DNA from: an uncultured Alphaproteobacteria bacterium
GTDB taxonomy: Bacteria > Pseudomonadota > Alphaproteobacteria > Methylaequorales > Methylaequoraceae
Direction of reading: 5' to 3'
Length of the DNA stretch: 64,000 bases
NCBI GenBank assembly: GCA_902537615.1
Contig: CACBBU010000002.1
Span: forward strand, 7,059 to 71,058
The position numbers and the translations under genes were made by a program. Shown here in pieces: positions 59,382 to 64,000 of this stretch. The notes beneath the pieces are model-generated. The model ran no database searches. It was not told the DNA's origin and saw only the letters and a list, made by a program, of their open reading frames with translations. How positions within the stretch are numbered: position 1 is the stretch's first letter; every line of letters begins with the position of its first letter.

Positions 59382-59396
59382 GTTCTACATAAGTTC
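59382..59396 (-). promoter_or_regulatory. alphaproteobacterial LexA box GTTC-N7-GTTC (GAAC-N7-GAAC on lexA strand)
   Basis: GTTCTACATAAGTTC lies 8 nt upstream of the lexA ATG (59374) and 16 nt downstream of the moeA stop. It is an exact match to the direct-repeat SOS box described for Rhodobacter and Rhizobium. Confidence 0.75.
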
Positions 59397-59411
59397 TACT
59401 TCTTAGTCAAG

Positions 59412-60614
59412 TTATATCTTATTGTTTAGTATATTTTCATATAAAAGCACATTACATTCTGTCCCTTTCTTCAAATTCTTTTCAAAAGGTTTTCTAATAA
59501 GAATACCATTTGACTCACTTAAAATTTTCATCTGTGCACTGTCTTGTTTTGAAAAAACATTAAAAAAATTGGGTTTATTTTTTATTCTTTTTATTCTTAA
59601 AAACAATGTTAAATGTTTGTTTCTTTTTAAATTGTTATTTAGCGTAAGTTTTGTTTTTGAAATATTAAGATAGTTCATACCATAAAAACAATTAATAAAC
59701 GCAGAGAAAAAAAAAACTAATGATGTGAAACAAGAAACAGGGTTGCCAGGTAAACCTAAAAAATATCTATTTTTTGAAAACTTTCCAAATGTTGTGGGCT
59801 TGCCAGGTTTAATTGATACCCTATCAAATAAAATTTTCATTTTTTGATTACTTAGAACTTTTTTTACTAGATCATATTTTCCTCTTGAAATACCTCCTGA
59901 TGTTATAAGGATATCAAAATCTCTAAGTTTATTAATCAATTTTTCTAGGTCTTCAATTTTGTCTTTTACAATATAAATTTTTTTAAGATTTCCCCCAAAC
60001 TCATCAACTATTTTTTTTATCATTATTTGATTTGTTGATATTACCAATGGACCTTCTTTTTTAGATGATATAAGTTCATCCCCAGTTATTATTACTATTA
60101 CTTCTGGTTTTTTGAAAACTTTAATTTTGTTTATTCTCATAGCTGCTGCAAGAGCTATTGTTCTACAGGTCATTTTTGTATTTTTGCTAAGACATAATTC
60201 TTTTTTTTTAAAGTCACTTCCTTTACCTCTGATAAAAGCCTGAACTTTTCTATCTTTCATTATTAATTTATTTTCAGAAATTATAAATTGCTCTTTTGGA
60301 ATTATTATTTTATTTATCCCTGGAACAATTCCACCAGTGAAAATTAATTTGGATTGGCCCTTACCAAAGTCATTTGCAAAACTGTCTCCTGCTTTAATTT
60401 CTCCGATAATCTCAATTTCTTTCATTTTTAAATCTGATTTGAATATTACTGCTCCATCCATTGAAGAAAGATTTTCTCGTGGATAATCGCATTTTGAATA
60501 CAAATCAGAAGCAAGGATTCTTCCAAAACTTTCTTTAATATCAATAAATTCAGATTTAATAGATTTTGATACATTTTTTTGTATCAAATTTATTGAACTA
60601 GTAAAACTAATCAT
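59412..60614 (-). CDS. moeA: molybdopterin molybdenumtransferase MoeA
   Basis: SSMDGAVI, the MoeA domain order and the LPGNPVS motif. I chose ATG 60614 (MISFTSS...); the track's GTG 60638 overlaps moaC by 32 nt. Confidence 0.88.
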   Translation of the reverse strand: MISFTSSINLIQKNVSKSIKSEFIDIKESFGRILASDLYSKCDYPRENLSSMDGAVIFKSDLKMKEIEIIGEIKAGDSFANDFGKGQSKLIFTGGIVPGINKIIIPKEQFIISENKLIMKDRKVQAFIRGKGSDFKKKELCLSKNTKMTCRTIALAAAMRINKIKVFKKPEVIVIITGDELISSKKEGPLVISTNQIMIKKIVDEFGGNLKKIYIVKDKIEDLEKLINKLRDFDILITSGGISRGKYDLVKKVLSNQKMKILFDRVSIKPGKPTTFGKFSKNRYFLGLPGNPVSCFTSLVFFFSAFINCFYGMNYLNISKTKLTLNNNLKRNKHLTLFLRIKRIKNKPNFFNVFSKQDSAQMKILSESNGILIRKPFEKNLKKGTECNVLLYENILNNKI

Positions 60615-61077
60615 TTTCAAAAGTACCAGACTTACCACCTTTTTTGAATAAAAGTTTAAGCTCAGTCATAATTATTTTTTTATCTAATGATTTGCACATA
60701 TCGTAGATCACTAATCCTGCAACTGAACAGGCAGTTAAAGCCTCCATTTCAACACCTGTTGAAAATTGAGCCTTAACCTCTGATAATATTTCAATAGATA
60801 GATTTGCTTTATCAATTTTAAAGTCAATATTAATGTATGATATTGGTAGATTATGACACAAAGGGATCAATTCTGAGGTTTTTTTTGCTGCAGAAATTGC
60901 TGCTGTTCTCGCAATATTATATATTTCACCTTTTGGTGAGTTACTATTAATAATTTTTGTGAAAGATTTTTCCGAAAAATTTATTTTAAGTTTAGCCCTA
61001 GCTATTCTATTTGTTAATTTTTTTTTTGATATATCAACCATTGAAACTTTATTTTTTTTTAGGTGTGAAAATGTCAT
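60607..61077 (-). CDS. moaC: cyclic pyranopterin monophosphate synthase MoaC
   Basis: MVDISKK, IPLCHNL and TGVEMEALTA motifs. 156 aa. Confidence 0.93.
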   Translation of the reverse strand: MTFSHLKKNKVSMVDISKKKLTNRIARAKLKINFSEKSFTKIINSNSPKGEIYNIARTAAISAAKKTSELIPLCHNLPISYINIDFKIDKANLSIEILSEVKAQFSTGVEMEALTACSVAGLVIYDMCKSLDKKIIMTELKLLFKKGGKSGTFEND

Positions 61078-61841
61078 CTTTTAATTATTTTTTTTGTTTC
61101 TTCATAAATATTTTTTGATTTCATTAATGTTTCCCCAATCAAAAAAGCATCTGCACCACTTTTAGTAAACTTTTTCAAGTCATCATTACAGGTTAATCCA
61201 CTTTCACAAATTTTAATTGTTTCGTTAGGAATTTTATTTGAAAGTAAATGGAATATATTTTTGTTAATACTTAACGTTTTTAAATTTCTATTATTTATTC
61301 CAATACAATTTACTTCTAATTTTACGGCACGTAATAATTCGTGCTCATCATGTACCTCACATATAACATCCATCCCTAATTTATTTGATAGATTATAAAA
61401 ACTTTTAATTTGCTGGTTATTTAGAATTGCTAAAATTAGTAAAATACAATCTGCACCAGCGTGGTAGCTTTCAATGATTTGCCATTCATCAATAATAAAA
61501 TCTTTTCTTAAAATTGGAATATTTACAAATTTTTTAATTTGTGAAATGTAACTTAAATGTCCACCAAAGTAGTTTTTTTCAGTTAATACTGAAAGACATT
61601 TTGCACCAGCCTTCTCATAATCAATAGCAATTTTTATTGGGTCAAAATTTTTACAAATTTCTCCTTTACTTGGAGAACTCTTTTTAATTTCAGCAATTAA
61701 ATTAAAGTTATAATCGTCTTTAATAAGTAAATTTTTAAGAAACCCTCTGGTTTGTTTGTTTTGTTCTGAGGGTTTAAATTTTTTTTTTAAAAGATTAATT
61801 TCCTTATGTTTTAATTGACATATTTTGTCTAGAGTATTCAT
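61074..61841 (-). CDS. trpC: indole-3-glycerol phosphate synthase
   Basis: IAEIKKSSPSKG, LRKDFIID and GINNRNLKT motifs. ATGA overlap with moaC. Confidence 0.94.
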   Translation of the reverse strand: MNTLDKICQLKHKEINLLKKKFKPSEQNKQTRGFLKNLLIKDDYNFNLIAEIKKSSPSKGEICKNFDPIKIAIDYEKAGAKCLSVLTEKNYFGGHLSYISQIKKFVNIPILRKDFIIDEWQIIESYHAGADCILLILAILNNQQIKSFYNLSNKLGMDVICEVHDEHELLRAVKLEVNCIGINNRNLKTLSINKNIFHLLSNKIPNETIKICESGLTCNDDLKKFTKSGADAFLIGETLMKSKNIYEETKKIIKR

Positions 61842-61842
61842 G

Positions 61843-62841
61843 CTAAAGTGTAATTAATGAATTTAATTTTTTTAGTCCCTGACCATTTTCAATATTCATA
61901 GTTGCTTTAGATATACCTTCTTTTATATTTTTTACTTTGTTACATATAAGTAATCCTGCTGCTGTATTTAACACAACATTATCTCTTATTGCACCACTTT
62001 CACCTTCAAAGAGACGTCTCATGATGAATGCATTTTCTTCAGGGGTTCCACCTTTAAGTTCATTTTCTCTTCTTATTTTAAAACCAATCTCTTTTGGGTC
62101 AAGTATCTTAACTTTACTAATTTTATTTTTATTTACTTCAATAATATAATTTTTTGAAGTGGTGGTTAATTCATCATAGCCTTTTTCTCCAAAGACAACC
62201 CATGATTTGTTTAAGTTCATTTTACTTAAACACTTCGCATGAGTTAGTAAATTTTCATAATTACTGACACCCAAAAGTTGATAATGTAACTTTAATGGGT
62301 TTAAGAGTGGACCTAAAAGATTAAAAATTGTTTTAAAAGGTAAAGATTTTCTGACCTCTGCAACTTGTTTTAGCGAACCATGAAAATTTGGAGCAAATAG
62401 AAAACAAATTCCATTAGTTTTTAGAGTTTTTTTTATATGACTTAACTCAGATGATACATTAATCCCTAAAGATTCTAAAACATCAAAACTTCCAGATTTT
62501 GATGTTACACTTCTATTTCCATGTTTAGAAATTTTAATATTAAATGTAGATAAAAGAATCGAGGTCGCTGTTGAAAAATTAAAACTTCCTTTGTTATCGC
62601 CACCAGTACCACAAGTATCCATGAACTCACCTGAGATGTTTATTTTTTTACATTTTTTTTTTAAGTAATTTGTAAACGCATATATTTCGTTGAAAGATTC
62701 TTTCTTTTTATGTAATAAAGTTAATATTGACGATAGTTGAGCATTATTAATATTTGACTTAAAAATACTTTCTACTAAAAGATCTGCTTCACTAAGGGTG
62801 AGATCTTTTCCACCTAAAAGATTATTAAAAATTTTTTTCAT
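61843..62841 (-). CDS. trpD: anthranilate phosphoribosyltransferase
   Basis: DTCGTGGDNKGSFNFST, KHGNRSVTSKSGS and LGPLLNP motifs. Confidence 0.95.
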   Translation of the reverse strand: MKKIFNNLLGGKDLTLSEADLLVESIFKSNINNAQLSSILTLLHKKKESFNEIYAFTNYLKKKCKKINISGEFMDTCGTGGDNKGSFNFSTATSILLSTFNIKISKHGNRSVTSKSGSFDVLESLGINVSSELSHIKKTLKTNGICFLFAPNFHGSLKQVAEVRKSLPFKTIFNLLGPLLNPLKLHYQLLGVSNYENLLTHAKCLSKMNLNKSWVVFGEKGYDELTTTSKNYIIEVNKNKISKVKILDPKEIGFKIRRENELKGGTPEENAFIMRRLFEGESGAIRDNVVLNTAAGLLICNKVKNIKEGISKATMNIENGQGLKKLNSLITL

Positions 62842-62863
62842 TTTAATTCTCCAATATTAATAA

Positions 62864-63442
62864 TTAAGTGTTTAAATTTATAAAATTTTTTAGTAGCTGA
62901 TGCCCAGAATCTGTCGCAATGCTTTCAGGGTGAAATTGTACACCAAAAATTGGTAAATTAGTGTGTTCTATTGCCATAACTGTACCATCTTCAATTGATG
63001 CAGTAATTTTAAAATTTTTTGGAACACTACTTTTTTTTACAATTAGTGAGTGATATCTAGTAGCATTAAAAGGGTTACTAATATTTTTAAAAAGCTTAGT
63101 GTTTTCATGATAAATTTTACTTACTTTACCGTGTACCGGTTTACCACTTTGTATAACTGTTCCTCCAAATGTTTCTGCAATTGCTTGGTGCCCAAGGCAA
63201 ACACCTAACATTGGAGTAGGTTTTTTTAGTTCAGAATTTTTTTTTATCAATTCTAAACAAATTCCAGAATTTTTTGGTGAACTAGGTCCTGGAGAAACTA
63301 CAAGATACTTTGGTTTAAATTTAAATATTTTTTCAATAGAAATTTCATCGTTTCTGAAAACTTTCACTGACTGCCCTATTTCTTCAAAATAGTGGACTAA
63401 ATTATAAGTAAAGCTATCGTAGTTATCAATTAGAATAAGCAT
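62864..63442 (-). CDS. trpG: anthranilate synthase component II (glutamine amidotransferase; TrpG/PabA)
   Basis: IDNYDSFTYNL, GVCLGHQ and FGVQFHPES motifs. Confidence 0.94.
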   Translation of the reverse strand: MLILIDNYDSFTYNLVHYFEEIGQSVKVFRNDEISIEKIFKFKPKYLVVSPGPSSPKNSGICLELIKKNSELKKPTPMLGVCLGHQAIAETFGGTVIQSGKPVHGKVSKIYHENTKLFKNISNPFNATRYHSLIVKKSSVPKNFKITASIEDGTVMAIEHTNLPIFGVQFHPESIATDSGHQLLKNFINLNT

Positions 63443-64000
63443 TATTTGAGATTATCTGCATGTTTGCACGCTGTTAATATTGCTAAAGCTTTATTTTCTG
63501 TTTCCTTAAATTCGTTTAAGGGTTTGCTGTCAGCAACGATACCTGCACCTGCTTGCACATATATTTGTTTTTCTTTAATAAACGCAGTTCTTAATGCTAT
63601 GCAAGTGTTAATGTTGCCATTATTTGAAATATATCCAACTGAACCAGCATAAATATTTCTTCTATTCTTTTCTAATTCTTCAATAATTTCAATTGCTCTA
63701 ATTTTTGGGGCACCTGTGACCGTTCCAGCAGGAAAACCACTGAATAAAACATCTGTACTATTTTTTTTTTTGTTAATTTTTCCTTCAATATTTGAAACAA
63801 TGTGCATTACATGAGAAAAATATTCAATATACATTTTGCTAGTAACTTTAACCGAGCCGGGTTGTGTAACTCTACTGATATCATTTCTTCCCAAATCTAG
63901 TAACATTAAATGTTCTGATATTTCTTTTGGGTCGCTTAATAAATCTTTTTCAAGTTTCCTGTCTTCTTGTTTAGTTTGTCCTCTTTTTCTCGTACCAGCT
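63442..64000 (-). CDS. trpE: anthranilate synthase component I (3' part; N-terminus off window)
   Basis: The frame stays open upstream of the track's Met to the window edge (AGTRKRGQTKQEDRKLEKDLLSDPKEISEHLMLLDLGRNDISRV). C-terminal motifs GAPKIRA, YAGSVGY and QAGAGIVADS are present. Confidence 0.93.
   Translation of the reverse strand, partial: AGTRKRGQTKQEDRKLEKDLLSDPKEISEHLMLLDLGRNDISRVTQPGSVKVTSKMYIEYFSHVMHIVSNIEGKINKKKNSTDVLFSGFPAGTVTGAPKIRAIEIIEELEKNRRNIYAGSVGYISNNGNINTCIALRTAFIKEKQIYVQAGAGIVADSKPLNEFKETENKALAILTACKHADNLK

Noticed and set aside
1-64000. CRISPR arrays, transposons/IS elements, prophage or defence-system genes, rRNA operons
   Set aside because: I found no repeat-spacer periodicity, no transposase, integrase or phage structural motifs, and no rRNA-like sequence on either strand.

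Overview
The window is a very AT-rich, tightly packed stretch of alphaproteobacterial chromosome. AT-richness, tiny or overlapping intergenic spacers and class-typical synteny suggest a SAR11/Pelagibacterales-like streamlined genome; this is an inference with no database check. About 56 kb (8.4-64 kb) is conserved core:
- nnr, tRNA-Leu, tig-clpP-clpX-lon-hup, a family-5 UDG, and tRNA-Val/tRNA-Asp
- a complete 14-gene nuoA-N operon followed by birA-coaX-rnj-mce-DUF1467-proS-lolCE-lolD-dnaE
- rpsB-tsf-pyrH-frr-uppS-cdsA-dxr-rseP-bamA-skp-lpxD-fabZ-lpxA-lpxI-lpxB
- on the minus strand, gltA-gltX-lexA-moeA-moaC-trpC-trpD-trpG-trpE

I see no rRNA, CRISPR array, transposase, integrase or prophage genes, and no convincing novel multi-gene system. 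The first ~8 kb is the only accessory-looking part. It carries a partial GH13 sugar phosphorylase, a ceramidase-like membrane protein, a degenerate MGMT-domain protein, DUF2798/DUF4174-like proteins, an inverted-topology (NewPHL-like) photolyase, a cNMP-binding protein, a methyltransferase, and a lone bioB coupled to a secreted unknown. It also holds two small ORFs missing from the supplied track.

Items most worth a second look:
- the inverted-topology photolyase and the perfect palindrome at its start
- the two unannotated small proteins
- the MGMT-like protein with a degraded active site
- the lone bioB with its coupled secreted partner
- a textbook alphaproteobacterial SOS box in front of lexA
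- a 35-bp tandem duplication forming the nuoA leader
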